From Patellaria atrata CBS 101060 (lineage: Eukaryota), in assembly GCA_010093705.1 (NCBI GenBank), contig MU006091.1, forward strand, positions 868,001 to 932,000: 64,000 nt of DNA, in the 5' to 3' direction. How positions within the stretch are numbered: position 1 is the stretch's first letter; each line of letters opens with the position of its first letter. The translations under genes were made by a program, and so were the position numbers. Positions 27,490-41,199 of this stretch are shown here, in pieces. The notes beneath the pieces are model-generated. The model did not search any database, was not told the origin of the DNA, and worked only from the letters and a program-made list of their open reading frames with translations.

Positions 27490-29677
27490 TTATTCATCAA
27501 CAATCAGCTCAATCTCAACATCGTCTCCATCATCCGGTTGAGCCCTCTTCTGCTTGTTTTTCTTGCCCTTCTTCCCCTTTTCTGTATTCCTGCCGTTCTC
27601 ACCTGCGGCATCATCTTCCTCATCATCGTGCCCAGCAGCTCTCCTTTGCCTCTTGAGCTCTTCGTATTTCTTCCTCGCTACTTCTATCACCGCCTTATTA
27701 GCCTCTCTCTCAGCTTCGATTTCTCTCTCGATCTCCCTCGGATCTTTGAAATCGCTATCCTCTTTCCCAGCCTTCTCTTTGTACACCTCAAAATCCATGG
27801 GCACGGAATTTCCTACGAGGGCTTGCTTGACCCGTTCCGTAGCACATCTCTCCTCGCGCACGAATTTCGCTTTGATTTGCCGACGAGTCATGCCCGGGAA
27901 CATCTTAGAGATGATCATGAAATCAGTACCGAACATCCGTAGAGCCTCGTAAAATGCCTCAGTCTTCTCTTCATCCCAACGCCGCCCCTTTCCACCAGCC
28001 CAGGGATGGCGCTCCGCTGGATCACGGCGATAATCTAGCATGCGGGTGCGTGTAGTCACACGGTTTGTCAAGTCATTTTCCTCGACTTCCTCAAGTACAT
28101 CTTCCTCCTGCGCCGCATTGCGGTCGACCTGAAGAGAAGTCTGATCAGTGACGATTTGCCCGTTGATCATTATCAATCGAGGTCCAGAGCCCGAGGGCGC
28201 ATTCTCATCATCTTGGTGTTGTATATCTTCTTGCTGTAACTCTTGCGACTCTTCAGTGGAGGCGCCTGTTATGACCCGCTGAATTTCCTCTTCTCGCCTC
28301 TTCTTCACTGCATCCCAGTCGATTTTCCGCATTGCCATCTCTCTTTCAGATTTCTTTCCTGTTTTAGTTTCCCGACATAAATCCTGCATACTCACCATCG
28401 TCGGTACTATCTCGACGAGTTCCGCTCCTTCGGGTGTCTCTGCACGCTTGCGATTAGACCGCTTTCGCCGTTTGCGTCTGGTCCCACGTTCATCTTCGGC
28501 CTCGGTAGCTTCGTCCTCTTCACTACCTTCCGTTATCTGTGGCCTGCTTCGCTTCTGTTTCCTCCTGGCAGGCGTCGCAGCATCATCCTGGTCCGTACTA
28601 TCTTGCGCCGCGGTCTCTTCAGTAGTAGTTGTCGCTGCATCTTTAGGCTTCCTCCTTGTACCTTTGTCCTTACGTACTTTGCGAGGTTTCTTACCACTGA
28701 TGATAGGAGCTCCAGCTACATTAGTATCAATAATGGTCTCTCCGGGTTCGATACGTGGTCTCTGCTTCGCTTGCTCCTTTCTTGCGGGTGCCGGTTTCTT
28801 TGTAGGTTGTGAAGCTTGACCATTTGTGGGAGGTTGTTTACGCTTATTCTTTGATGAGGTTGGAGGATTTGCCGTGATTTCTAATTCGGGGGCTGGTGTT
28901 GGAGGCACCGAACTACTGGCAACGGTCGGAACGTCGCTCAGAGCAGGCGTTGGTGATTGCACTGATGGTGTTTGGCGTGGTGGTAGGGAAGAAATATTTT
29001 GTGGAGCCTGGTGCTGAGTGGATGTGACGGATGCAGTTGCGTTGGTAGGCTCTTCATCGGACACTTGCTCTGAGGGAACTGTAGGGTCTACCGTTTCGAC
29101 GTTCGACGAAGCTCTTTGCGTCGCACCTGCCTGAAACTCTGGGACAAGCTGATTTGGTCCAGAAGCATTCGGTTTCGGAACAGTTGTTATTTTAGGCTGC
29201 GCAGCGACCTGAGATTCAACAACCTGTGCCAAGGTATTCAAGGACGGTGAAGGCACACGAGCAGGTATTTGAGCAGGAGTCACTGATTTAGAGAGATTAA
29301 ATGGAGCAGACGCCGGCTGAGATACTATGTTATCTGCGGGACTCGAAGTATCTGTTGGGTGTGTCTGCGGAGTCGGAACATTGAGGCCGCTGACGAGACC
29401 ATCTTGAGCGGATGTAGTAACATGTTTTTCGGGTTCTGAAGCAGCAGGTGTACTCAAGGGGGGAACAGCTTCTGAAATAGTAGGTGTGTCTAACGAGGAA
29501 ACGGGCTCATTTGACGTAGGCGGAGCTGTAGACGCTGGAGGGGGGGCGGCTTGGGGTTTTCGTCTTTGAGGAGCTTTGGGAGCAACCTTTTTAGTCGACT
29601 TGTCTGTAGGAGGATCAGTCAATCGTAATTACAAGAGCTCCCGAGAACTAAATAGACTTACTTATGAAGGACGACAT
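27490..29677 (-). CDS. BDP1: TFIIIB subunit B'' (Bdp1); short first exon MSSFI(N) plus a long exon
   Basis: MSSFINKSTKKVAPKA start; SANT/Myb domain WDEEKTEAFYEALRMFGTDFMIISKMFPGMTRRQIKAKFVREER; NGQIVTDQTSL. Confidence 0.9.
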
Positions 29678-30417
29678 CACAGAAGCTCTTGTAACTCATG
29701 CTTCAAGGGTGGGCTCGATTGCGGGGAGGATCTTGTGAAAGCGCTATACTCGATTTCTTTCCTCCGCGGGCAGTAAGCCTATACTTAACCAGATTAGAGA
29801 AGATGAATTAGGTTCACGCGCCCGGAAAGTAAGATACTTAATTGGTGAAGATCCAGAACTTTTGGAGGAGAATATAAGTCTCTCGGTTCGCTGAAGAAAC
29901 TATCTGGTTGACTGTTGAAGATGAATGACTCGCGTTGTCGCGTCGGGAAGGGTATACCTTACTTGACGGCCACCCGGATAAGTAAGCTCAGTAAGATACA
30001 GTAACCTGTGGTAGCGTATTGAATCTTTTAAAGTCAGCTTTCAACTGTTATATTTACGCGTGCTCGTTGTGGAGAAAATGTATATTACTAAGCGCTATCC
30101 TCGAAATCGTGATCGTAAATTTGTCCTGAGGCGAAATGGGGCTTCTTGGCAAGGGGAGCGTGCCTTGACCTCTTCTTTCTTTCAACATCACCTTCCGAAG
30201 ACATAACCAGCCCTTCTTCTATTATATACCTTCTCCGTCCGCTCTCATATACTGAGACATACGCTCCTTAACTTCTCTCGACTCTTTATATGAACTGACA
30301 CCTCTATTTCCCTTCCGCTCTTTCTGATCTGCCAACCTTTACTTGCTATTTCTCTCTGTTCCTATGAAGACCACCTCAGTAGAACCGCTTGCCATTCGTT
30401 CCATCGGCGTCGTCAAG

Positions 30418-32828
30418 ATGGAAGACCGCAAGAGACCTGCCATGATGGAGGTCGACGATTCCGCTCCACCCTCTAAGAGGCAAGCGACTACAGTTAATGG
30501 GGCCAAGCCTCATCCTGATGCTGACATGCCTTGGAAAGAAGAAATCGAGGTTCGTGCAATCCGAAAAGTAGCATGGTACCTATCGGATCCTCCTGCGCCG
30601 ACACACCCGATGCATTATAGCTGACTTGTGTTTATGATTACAGTACTATCAGAAAGATGCAATCTGGAGGCAAATGCGGGAATACAAACGAGAAAAGGGA
30701 GAGTTAGAATCTCAGGTGGCCGAGCTGGAGAAGAAATCAAGATACCATGATGAACATTTACGTACAATAGATTCATGGTTTTCGCAGGTTAGTGGTAGCT
30801 TACGAAGTCGAGTACATTCTGAGTATGCGTATCCGGACTGATTCGTGATCTGTCTTATAGTTATTAGACGAAGTTAAAATTCTAGCTGGAGATACCATGG
30901 CCATAGATTCTTCATATCATTCTAGTATGAATCCATATATTCCTAAATTGCATGGCGGGCTAACATGATTTTAGGCGCAACGTCCTTGTCCAACACTGTA
31001 CTTACACTCAACAGCGAGAGGTTCCAAGAACACCTTGGGAAACGTTCGGATGAGATAAGATCCGCCATAACACAGTTGTTTGGCAAACTCCCTGTTGCAT
31101 CGCCAGATCTTCGACAATTACAAGAGCGACTAGCACAAGCACTGTCCGCTGAGAAGGAGAATATCGCAGAGCTACAGAGGGTAACAACGGAAAAGGAACA
31201 GCTGTCTGAGCGACTAGAAAACGCCTCTTACCGGTACATGGTCGCCGAAAAGAAGTTGGACCGGGCGAAAAGCGCAGCGGTCGCAAAGTTAGAGAAACAA
31301 GCAACGATGGGAGGAGCCACGGGCAGTGATGAGGCGTCGAGCGCTAAACAAGACAGTCCTTCCGAAGTCAACGGTATACCTACTGGAGCGGGTGGAGAGA
31401 ATGCTGAAGTTGCGCGCAAGGAGGCCATTGCTGTTGTTGCGAAGGTTAAGGAGCAGTTAGAACAACTGGAGGCGGAGAACAAAAAGCTGACAGACTCGTT
31501 AACTGCTGCGAATGCTCGATTCGTGACTTTGTCCGATGATGACTATGCAAAGACAGATCTTTTCAAGCTTGCTAAGTCACAACAGGAGGAGCAGATCAAG
31601 AGGATCAATCATTTGGAGGCAACTAACAACCAGCTCAGGGAGGAGGCGCAGAAGTTGCAGGCAGAAAGAACGTCTTACCGTATGCAGATGGAAGAAGAGT
31701 CTCGTACAGTTATCAGTGAAGTGGAAAGCCAGATCGCCCGTGCTGAAACTGATCTATCAAGAATTCGGAATGCTCGTGACGAATTTATGTCTGAACTGAC
31801 AATGAAAAAGATGGCTTTAGAGCAGCAGAGGACTGCCTCTGATCAGATCAAAGAGCTTGCAAGTGCTAGAGAAAATCGAATAGTTACTTTAGAGACCGAG
31901 ATTGAGAGATTGAAGCGAAAGATAGGAGAAATCGAAGCCGAACAACCGTCAATAGATGTGGTGTCTATGACCATAGAAGAGTTACGGGTTAAAGTCGCCA
32001 GTCTTCAAAAGGACTACGACCTAATAAGCAATGAACTCCCATCCATGGAAGCCGCGTGGAAAAAAGCACAAGCTCTTGCCAGTAAGAAGGTCGGAGATCT
32101 CATGGCTTCGGAAGAGCAATTATCCAAACTCAGTGCTGAGAAGTCAAAGGCTGACCAGAAATATTTTGGGGCTATGAAAGCCAAGGAAGCCCGGGAACAG
32201 GAGAATCGGACGCTTCGCCTGCAGAACACAAAGAGCTCCGAGATCATTTCGCAGTTGAAGGAGGCAGAGAGCTCCACCCGTGCAGTGCTCGTTAACCTGG
32301 AAAAACATGTTGCTGAAGTGAAAGATGCGCACAATACCTTGATGCAGAAGAATGGTCTGCTAGAGCAGAAGATTACCGAATATACTATAACATCGGAAGG
32401 GCTCATCTCCCAAGTAGCCGAGTTAAAGAAGCAATTGACCTCCAAGGACGCAAGTCTCTTGTCGGCGGCACATTCGCAGAAGCGGGCAGAGATTGAGGCG
32501 GAGGAGTTAAAAGTTCGTCTTGCTGAGACTAAGAAGAGTCTCGAGGGCTGGAAGAAAAAGGGTCTAGGCAATCAGTCAGAGGAGTATGAGTCTTTACGGG
32601 TAAGTGTTAAAAATATTCCTGATTATGAGTACATATACTTACTTCATGTCATAGAGCATCGCTATATGTACCGTCTGTCGTAAGAACTTCAAAAATACGG
32701 CACTCAAGACTTGCGGACATGTCTTTTGCCAGTCCTGTGTCGAGGAACGCATCGTTTCGCGTTCCCGGAAATGCCCTAATTGCGGGAAATCGTTCGGCGC
32801 GAGCGATCATATGCGTGTCACGCTTTGA
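30418..32828 (+). CDS. BRE1: E3 ubiquitin ligase Bre1 (H2B ubiquitylation); 5 exons; alternative in-frame ATG at 30364
   Basis: MEDRKRPA, YQKDAIWRQMREYKR, long coiled coil with KADQKYFGAMK, C-terminal RING CTVC...CGHVFCQSC...CPNC. Confidence 0.95.
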
Positions 32829-33536
32829 GCACACGCTTCTCTTTACTCGATGTTAGCTTCTCATACTGTATATTATCCCAACTGTTTCGGAATGCTTACT
32901 GCAATGAGTACTCCTGCGCCTTCTGTCAAGAGTAGCTGGGAGTTGCGTCTTTTTTGTTGTCTAAGATCTGGGCACTATCAACTGTTGCTGCTTCTGACAG
33001 GCATTGGGGAAACCGGTTCCAGCTGGTTCATGCTTGTTAGCGAAGGCTTCATACGTGTTCGGGCACCTGAGTAAAGATCTCACATCGTTTGAGCTTTAAG
33101 TGGCAGAGTCACCCGTGCATGGTTGTCCACACTGTCGCGGGGTTAGGCAGATGTAGAAGTAGATCATAGTGGAACTGAATGGAGGCACTTTGGATAGTTA
33201 TGATCTCTCCTGTATAATCACATCTTGATAAGTTGCGCCTAGTGTACTACGTACTGACAAGTTAGCAATCAGGACGCACAAAGTCAAAAGAATTTGAGAA
33301 CCGTGCCTTACGGATTGCTTCCTTAATCCTCTAGTAATCTCTATGTACCTTAGTTATTTGGAAGAGGAAGTGGTGGTTTGTCCTGGGGCTGTTGTTAGAG
33401 GAACAGGCAAGAAAACAATACGGAGACCTAAAAGTATTACAGGGATCGTCGGCACTTTCTCGCCTAATATTGCACCATTTCGTGTGCTCGTCCTCTCGTC
33501 CCCAATATCTCGAATTTCCCCTTCCTCTCCAATAAC

Positions 33537-34695
33537 ATGGCGAAGGCAAAAGCGAAGCGCCGAAAACTAGAGAAAAGGTCTCATAAGGGTGTCAAGAGTA
33601 ATAAGCCTATAGGGGCAAGCCCGAAGAAATTGAAGCCGAAGAAGAGAGGCAATGGGGGACAGAGCAAGCAGGAAGTCCTCCCATTCGAGGCGAATGACCA
33701 GATACTATTAGTCGGTGAAGGTGCGTAACCTGTTTGCGGAGATGTCACTTATTCTACGCGATAGAGAGACACATGCTCTACTACCAATTCTGATCAAGAT
33801 AGGTGATTTCTCCTTCGCGCGCTCAATCGTCGAACACCACGGTTGCGTCAACGTAACAGCAACATGCTTCGACACCGAAGTAGACCTAAACAGAAAGTAA
33901 AAGTCTCTATATACATACTCGTTCTCGGGACTCTCTTGCTAATCCCACAACCCTTCCAGATACCCCCAGTCCAAAACCCACACTACCTACCTCCGCTCCC
34001 AGTCCCAATCCGTCCTCCACGGCATTGACGCCACAAAGCTCTCCCAACAAAAGCGTATCCGTGCCTCCAGGTTAGACCGCATCATCTTCAACTTCCCGCA
34101 CGTCGGCGGCAAGTCCACCGACGTCAACCGCCAGGTCCGCCATAACCAGGACTTACTCGTGCGCTTCTTCGGCACCGCTTTGCCCCTTCTGACCCAGCGG
34201 GGCACGGTGGTGGTGACACTCTTCGAGGCCGAGCCGTATACGCTGTGGAATGTGAGGGATCTGGCGAGACATGTGGGGTTGGTTGTTGTGAGGAGTTTTC
34301 GGTTTGATGCGGGTGTGTATCCGGGGTATAGGCATGCGAGGACGGTGGGGAATATTGCTGCTAAAGGGGGTGGTAGCCGGGATGAGGTGGTAGAGAGGAA
34401 GAGTGGGGAAGAGAAAGTCGTGAGGAACGAGGATGAGAGCAACGAGGAACAGGGAAAGGAAGAGGAAGAAGGGAGAGTGGAAGCCGAGGATAAAGATGAT
34501 AAAGAAAAGAGAGACGAAGGTTACAATGAGGATAAGAGAAGAGGCTGGAAAGGAGAGGAAAGAGCGGCTAGGACCTACGTCTTTTGTGCTAAGGAATCGT
34601 ACGACGCTGTCCTTCGAGCAGCAGGACATTCCAACAGTAACAGCACGGAGAAGAAACGGAAAGCAGATGAAAGCTCCTCAGATGATGAGGACTGA
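33537..34695 (+). CDS. BMT5: 25S rRNA uridine-N3 methyltransferase Bmt5 (DUF2431); 3 exons
   Basis: ILLVGE|GDFSFARS, IIFNFPHVGG, VTLFEAEPYTLWNVRDLA, YPGYRHART. Confidence 0.9.
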
Positions 34696-34828
34696 ACTCT
34701 GTATCACAATCCTACACCACGATATTTTACAACATAAAACCAAACATACACGAAAGAGAAAACCCGCAGAGATCGAACGCCGCCGCTATGCTCTCAAAAT
34801 CATCTACTTGGTTCATGTATAGGGTGTA

Positions 34829-36252
34829 CTACGAAATGAACACCTTCTTGATCTCTTGTTCTTCGAACAGTTTCATGTCTGTCGGATCCCTTACCATACC
34901 TTTGGCGGTACCCATCTTCTCGTTCACATGCCGTAATCTTTCTCGTCCGTAGATACGTCCGTTTGGCAAAACCACCGGATCATGCTCGACCTCGCTTTTA
35001 CTATGCTGTGCGTATGGCACGTTCCTCGCCAGCTCGTTCAATTCTGTCGAGCAGATTGGACAGACAGAGGTTGAAGTTGAAGATGCGTTGGAGGAGGATG
35101 AAGTATATGTGCTATGGCATGCGGGAGTCTTTAGGGCGGAGAGTCCAGCAGAAAGAGCGATATGGAGGAGAGGACGTGATGGTAAAGATAGGAGGTTATG
35201 GTGGGTGGATAGGAAGAGACTTGTTAGATGTGTCCAACGATTAGGAGAGTAGAGATCCTGTTCTTGTAGATTAGTATTAGAAGAAAGCATAAGGCTATAC
35301 CTTTGAGACAAACCCGATAAGGCTCCGCGGGGGTATTTGGCGGGAATGCTAACAAGCATGCGGCCCTTGTTACAAGCTGGATATCACTATGGCTCGCAAG
35401 ATACTTCCGTGCATGCATTGTAGCTTCTTTGATCTTGTTTGGATTTTGCGTTCGGACGAGCTCGATGTATTGTTGTAATCGGAGTTGAAATTCGAGATCA
35501 CTCTAGACTGCGGTTAGCCAGGCATTCTCTTCTTAAGGAGGTCAACCCCTTCCCATGTGCCCATAAGATAAACAATTAGAGAAAAAAAAAAAGAAAGAAA
35601 TGTGACATACCCCTAATTTCTTCAAGCTCTGTTTATTCTCTCCACACCACGCCAACGCCTCCGCAGTCCTGCCCTCCCTCAAACTCCTCTCGATCTTCTG
35701 ACACGTCACAAACGCCTCCACATCCACCAACTCTGCGATACCCTTCTCCCTCGCCAGAGCCGCAGCACTAGACCCATACCCAAACCGCAGCAGGTAGTCC
35801 ACCAGCAGCCGATCGAGTCTAACCCGCGCCCACTCGTCGTACTTGACGTCCACCAGGCTCGGGATCTTATACAGCTCCCCCAGATGCTCGATGCGCGCGC
35901 GGGAGTTGCGGCTCTGCTGCTTCGAGCTCGCGGCCAGCGTGGCAAGCCGCTTCTTCAGCGCTTCGAGCTTCGCGATCGAGGCGTCTAGGCTTTCGAGAGA
36001 GGCGGGTGCCGAGGCATCGCCGGAGAGCGCGGCGGTGCCGGCTGCTTTGAGAGAACTGAGGAGGGCGTCGCGTTCGCGCTCGAAGGCACGTTGGGCGGCT
36101 TTGAAGTTCTTACGGGAGACTTCGAGAGGGAGGCGGAGGAGGGGTTGGTCCTGGGATTGAGGTGTTAGTAGAATTGGGGACTGGGATAGTGGGGAACTGA
36201 CAAGGAGGAGATGAGCGTCGGGGTTGAGGGTTGTGGTGGTCGTTTCTGCCAT
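34829..36252 (-). CDS. FYV10: GID/CTLH E3 ligase subunit Fyv10 (Gid9/MAEA); 4 exons
   Basis: LDQPLLRLP, LisH RLLVDYLLRFGY, CTLH EALAWCGENK, AGLSALKTPAC, degenerate RING CPICSTELN. Confidence 0.93.
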
Positions 36253-37015
36253 GATGAGGTACAAAGCGAGCAGGAAATTGCAGGTGTGAAATTCGGAAGG
36301 GCGGGTCGATTTCAAGAGGTTTGGAGCTTGATCGGCTAGATGTTCATAAAGTATTGCGGGCCTGTGTATAGGCAAGCTCCGCTTGAGCTTGTTGAAGATC
36401 TACACAGTATGACAGATCAGATTAGATTAGATCAAAGCAAATGTGGTATAACAGGTTTTGTTCTTGATCCACAAACTATCGTCCTTTCATATATTAGAAC
36501 TTTTTACGCAATGACCTATAGTTTACCCATTCAATCTGTCTACAGACGTGTGCTTCACAATACATTGCTCAATAGGAGGATTACACGTCCAATCCCTGAT
36601 TACTTTTTCATCGACATATGATATTCAATTGAGGTTGGCCTAGTAAACGAATCACTCTTCCTTTAAAGAACAACAGAGTACGAAGATGTATTTCAGTACC
36701 CTAGTTCTACTCCAACAGATCTGAGAATCCATCATTGATGCTGGAACCACGGTTACCCACCATCCACAAATAGCGACTCCTTCAACGTCTTGAAACTATA
36801 ACGAGCATACGGATTAGCTACATATCTACTCAATCGATAATTGTGATAGATGGACCTCACAAGGTAGGAATTCAGGTCATTGTCGAACCATATTAGTCGT
36901 CATTGTTAGGCATTGGTGAAATGAATCTCATCATGATTTGATGCCGTCTTTGGAGGGAGAAATGACACTTAACGTACCTGTGAGATAGTGTAATAATGTT
37001 CGCAGGCGTAATAAT

Positions 37016-38625
37016 TCATTCTTGCTTGGTCTGTTGACGCCATTGCAGAAACTCCTCCGAAAGGATACTTCCGTGGCCCGCTTCAGAGATCTTGTACACC
37101 GTTATGGGGTGTCCTCGTTCGCAGTGGATCCGCCACACGCCGTCACCAGTAATCGTTGCTTTAAGAACTACCGCATGTTTAGTAGATAATAATCATTCAT
37201 GCCCGCCGAATAGCGCGTATACAAGAAAAAAGGCGACGGAAGGGCTACCCACACTCCAAAAATGCACTTGCAAAATTGATACAAACATTCCCATCCCAGC
37301 TATACTGGCCCTCTCTCTTAACTTTTCCCGGGATCGAGTTCGTCTTGTACTCATCAAGACGTTGCAGGATTCCCTGCGGCGAGCGGAACCCTACGATGAT
37401 ACGTGGGACGCCGAGTAAGAATGACTGGACCCAGAATTTGAGCAGCTTACGCTCAAACTTTTGAGCAGAGAAGGAGGAGTTGGGTTCTTCGGCGGTCTTG
37501 AGTTCAACCCAGTTTATGTCCGTCGTGCGGTTGGCGAGTTTGCGATCCCATACTACAAGATAAGTGGTCAGTCTTGATGTATGATGGGCAAAGGTGGGCG
37601 AAGAGAGAGAAAAGAGAGGGAAGAGGAAGGGGAGTTACCGGCATCAACTTCACCTCCCAGAATTAGGCTGGAACTTCCAAGTCCGGTACGTACAACGGAG
37701 CAGTATTGTGCGTGGTTGGACACGATTTCGTGTTCACGGTTCTCGATTGTTTCGCGGGAGACTTTGTCCCATACGTCCGGGATCAGAGAGATGGTCTCGA
37801 ATTTATAACCTGCAATGGTAGTAAACAATTGGAATCCTGAAGGTAAGGTGCAGTGAAATTGGTCACATACCCCAGAAACTCATCATGTCTTGAGACGGTT
37901 GGCCACGCCGAGGTTGCTGTCCGCTCTGCTTTTGCTGTAATGCCCACTTGGTAGCATGGTCTTCCTCGATGTAACTATTTGTGTCAGAAGGACAGTAAAT
38001 TAATGAAGAAATCATCGTACATTGTACCCTGCGAGACATTAGATCAATAAATCCTTCTCAGGGGCTATACGTATGTTCGGATATACTGACCTGAAATAGG
38101 GTAGCATTCATATCGAAACTTGCAAGAAGATCAGATTTAGTACAAAGATACAGAGTGAAGGATATACTCATTGAACCTATCATAAGGAGCAGCCATGATC
38201 TGAACAATTCGTTAGCTTCCCCCCGGAAAGAGGGCTCATGGTGACCTCCCTTCGTCATCATCCCCCTCCACGTAATAAAGTCAACCTCAAGTAGCTCTCC
38301 TGTCTCTTTCTCCTTCTCAAGGATGGTTTTGAGCAAGCTATTGAGGCCGTCATCGGCCGTCGTGTCTAGTTTCTTGAACTCATTGAAACCAGCACAGAGA
38401 TTGGCTCCCAATTTAGGAGGGTAGTAATACTTCAATGAAGAGTCATCAAGGCGAAACTTATGCTCCTCATCATAGGAGAAGCAAGCAATTTCCTAAGCGT
38501 ACTTAGAGAAAGGCCATAGAGGTGGGTTGAAAACGATTCAGGGGAAAGGGTAGTACCTCAGGCTTGCGGATGGCACTGCCCTGGCCTACGAAACGGTCCA
38601 CAGGTTCGATCGGGAATGAAGACAT
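37016..38625 (-). CDS. RAI1: Rai1/DXO decapping nuclease; many introns, an 8-nt micro-exon (38021-38028) and one apparently non-canonical donor
   Basis: EIACFSYD, ITWRGMMTK, FWGYKFE, LILGGEVD, WVELKT, LLKFWVQSFLLGVP. Confidence 0.93.
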
Positions 38626-39035
38626 GTTGAAATCAGTAGAAGCATAACTTTATAGAAAATTTGATCAAGAAAGGGGAAGTAGGTAACTTAAGAGGATGAT
38701 GTGTCAATGATCTGAAAATGGCTAATGAATGCAATGACCTGAGAGAAGAATGAACTGGAGAGTGATAGATCTGTTAACAAAAAGTCAAAGTGAATAGCAA
38801 ACATTCAATCTGTAACCATCCTCTGATCCAAAATTTTAGTAGCAATGGTATTCTTCATAACATTATTGACGGTGAAGATGATATTCTTCTTCAAGGAGGT
38901 AGGATAAAACTAAATCCAGCAATTAGCTTGTTCCCGCAACAACCACAACCCGCAAACAAATAACTCTACTTCTTCCACTTCATGCACGTCTTCCAACCTC
39001 CACTTCTGCGATTCTCCGCATCAACAATCAACAAC

Positions 39036-39671
39036 ATGGCCTCCCGCGCACCCACAGGCAACCCTCGCACCACCACTGCCTCCGGTGTGCGTCGCAACCT
39101 CTTCTCCGCCTCCCTAAGCCGTCGACCCACCACATCCTCCACGTCAACATCCGCAACTACCCTACACGCAAACGAAGATGAGACTGCGCGTGATCTCATC
39201 GAGCGGGATGAGAGCGGCGCAGTGCAGTTTACCCAATTGAATATCGCGCCACTCCCTGCAGACGAAGAGAAAGATGAGCGAGGTATGTTCGGAGCATGCA
39301 CAAGTACAATTGTATTCAATGCACAAATCTTTGCGCGCTCTATACGATCATTCTACCAAACTGCGTTTTCTGATGTTTGGGGTTGGAAACAGAGGCGGAG
39401 AACAAGTTGATTGAGACGTATCGGAAGCATCAACAGCATATTGACCCAGCTGGTGAGTCTCCTTCTCAAAGCTCGAGAACAAATGGGTTTTAAGGGTGAT
39501 GACGGATCCTGTACAATGAATCATTGAGAAGGCCGTCGACACGTAAGGTCGATGGTGCTAACTTGTTATGTAGAAGTCATGGCGACTTTGAAAGCGAGTC
39601 TTCAGGCCAAAGTCGCATCTTTGGATGAGGATAAGTGGATGTTTGAAGAGGAAGACCCGGTTCCGAAATGA
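39036..39671 (+). CDS. Small hypothetical protein (134 aa); exons 39036-39282, 39393-39452, 39574-39671
   Basis: Canonical GTATGT..CAG and GTGAGT..GCTAAC..TAG introns join in frame: MASRAP..VRRNLF..EAENKLIETYRKH..LQAKVASLDEDKWMFEEEDPVPK*. Confidence 0.8.
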
Positions 39672-39867
39672 TGGTTGGGCAGAATGTGTCCTGACTTATG
39701 ACTGCAATTATGGGGATGAAGGGTGATTTGTTCATGATACCCGGCTTTCAACAACAGCTTGAGCCATAGGCGTTCGGACGGGGCAGCATAGCAAGAGAAA
39801 TATACGTCTTTCTGGGAATATGAATGGTATACTGCACTAGAATGATACAGAGTACCCGCCCCGATCA

Positions 39868-41003
39868 TTAATCTACGCCAGGAGCTGGTGCCGGTGAGTC
39901 CAGTCTTCTACTCTTCGGTTTGGATCCCGCTCCAGCTCCTCCACCACCCATAAACAAGCTACCCATCATGTCGAACAGCGGGTTGCTTTGCGACGGTGCC
40001 CTGATTCCGAAATACATATGTCCAACCTGTGTCAAAGCGTCATCCCAAGCGCTCACCTCCTTCAAGTGTACGGAGTAGTGACTCTTGAGCTGCCTGAACA
40101 AGTCTGTACTCCCTCTCTGTACCGCCAGCAAAAGCAAACCAAGGAAGTTGAGCAACGGAAGACTGGGATACGCTCTTAGATCCGAACTGTTGCTGCTGAC
40201 CTCTTGCATCCCAAGTTCTGGGTGTGCCTGACTCAATTTGCTCGTGAAGAGTAGGTATGCCTTATTCGCCGATCGAAGGTTTCCAACGAGAAGATACGGG
40301 AATACAGCACGGGCTGCATAGAGGGGCGCCGTGTGAGAATCATCTTCGGTGTACCATTCGTATTCCATCCGTACGAAGTAGTCAGGTGAATCTTTCGTCC
40401 CAAGTGTGAAGTGCCGTTCCGCATCGTATACCTCGGAGTCTATAGCGTGTTAATTCCGTTGTCACCTCAAGTCTTTCTCGTGGGTCATACCTTCCGCATA
40501 CAGAGTACCAGCAACATGATGCAGCTCTGGATCGCCAGCTGGATATTCACCCTGTTTCGCAGACCACCTTTTTCAATTAGTAAATCCCTAACTCGTGAAT
40601 ATCTTGTCAACATACCTAATCATCTCCCCAATGAACTTCTTCCTTGTCGGCTCTCCCGGAGGAAAGCTCCTCAGCAGCGTGAGAAGCCTTCCCTTCGACT
40701 CAGCATTCGGCGTGGTTTCCGCCTTGTTGTATACGTCGACCAGATAGATGCATAGATCCGCACCGCTACCTCCTTGTCCCGCCTTAAGAAGCATTCCCGC
40801 TCCCGAAGACAGCACGTTTATCGCATCGTCCCATTTCGATTGCTTGATGTAGCGCGAGGCTATGACGCGGAGCTGCTGGTGAGCTTCGTAGTATTGCCCT
40901 TCCTCGACTCTATAGAACTAATTAGTTTCTTGGTCCATAAGTAAATAGTAAAGGCCGCTTACTTCTCCCGCTGACGAGCTATTGTCTTCTCTATTTTCGA
41001 CAT
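39868..41003 (-). CDS. GET4: Golgi-to-ER traffic protein 4 (tail-anchored protein targeting); 4 exons
   Basis: EGQYYEAHQQLRVIASRY, GDPELHHVAG, AERHFTLG, PLLNFL, YFGI. Confidence 0.93.
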
Positions 41004-41199
41004 ATTGGGTTACTACCTGTTTGCTTGCTGGGGGATAGCAAAGAAGTTGGTGGGGCTTGAAAGAGGGACGCTATACTTGGCAGCGGAACATCGATATCGT
41101 CACCCCTCAAACCCTCAACACCTCAAAAATAATATTTCTGGGTCTTCTGATCACATAACTAACAAAAACAATTAGTCAAAAATGCAAAAGAAAAGCGGA

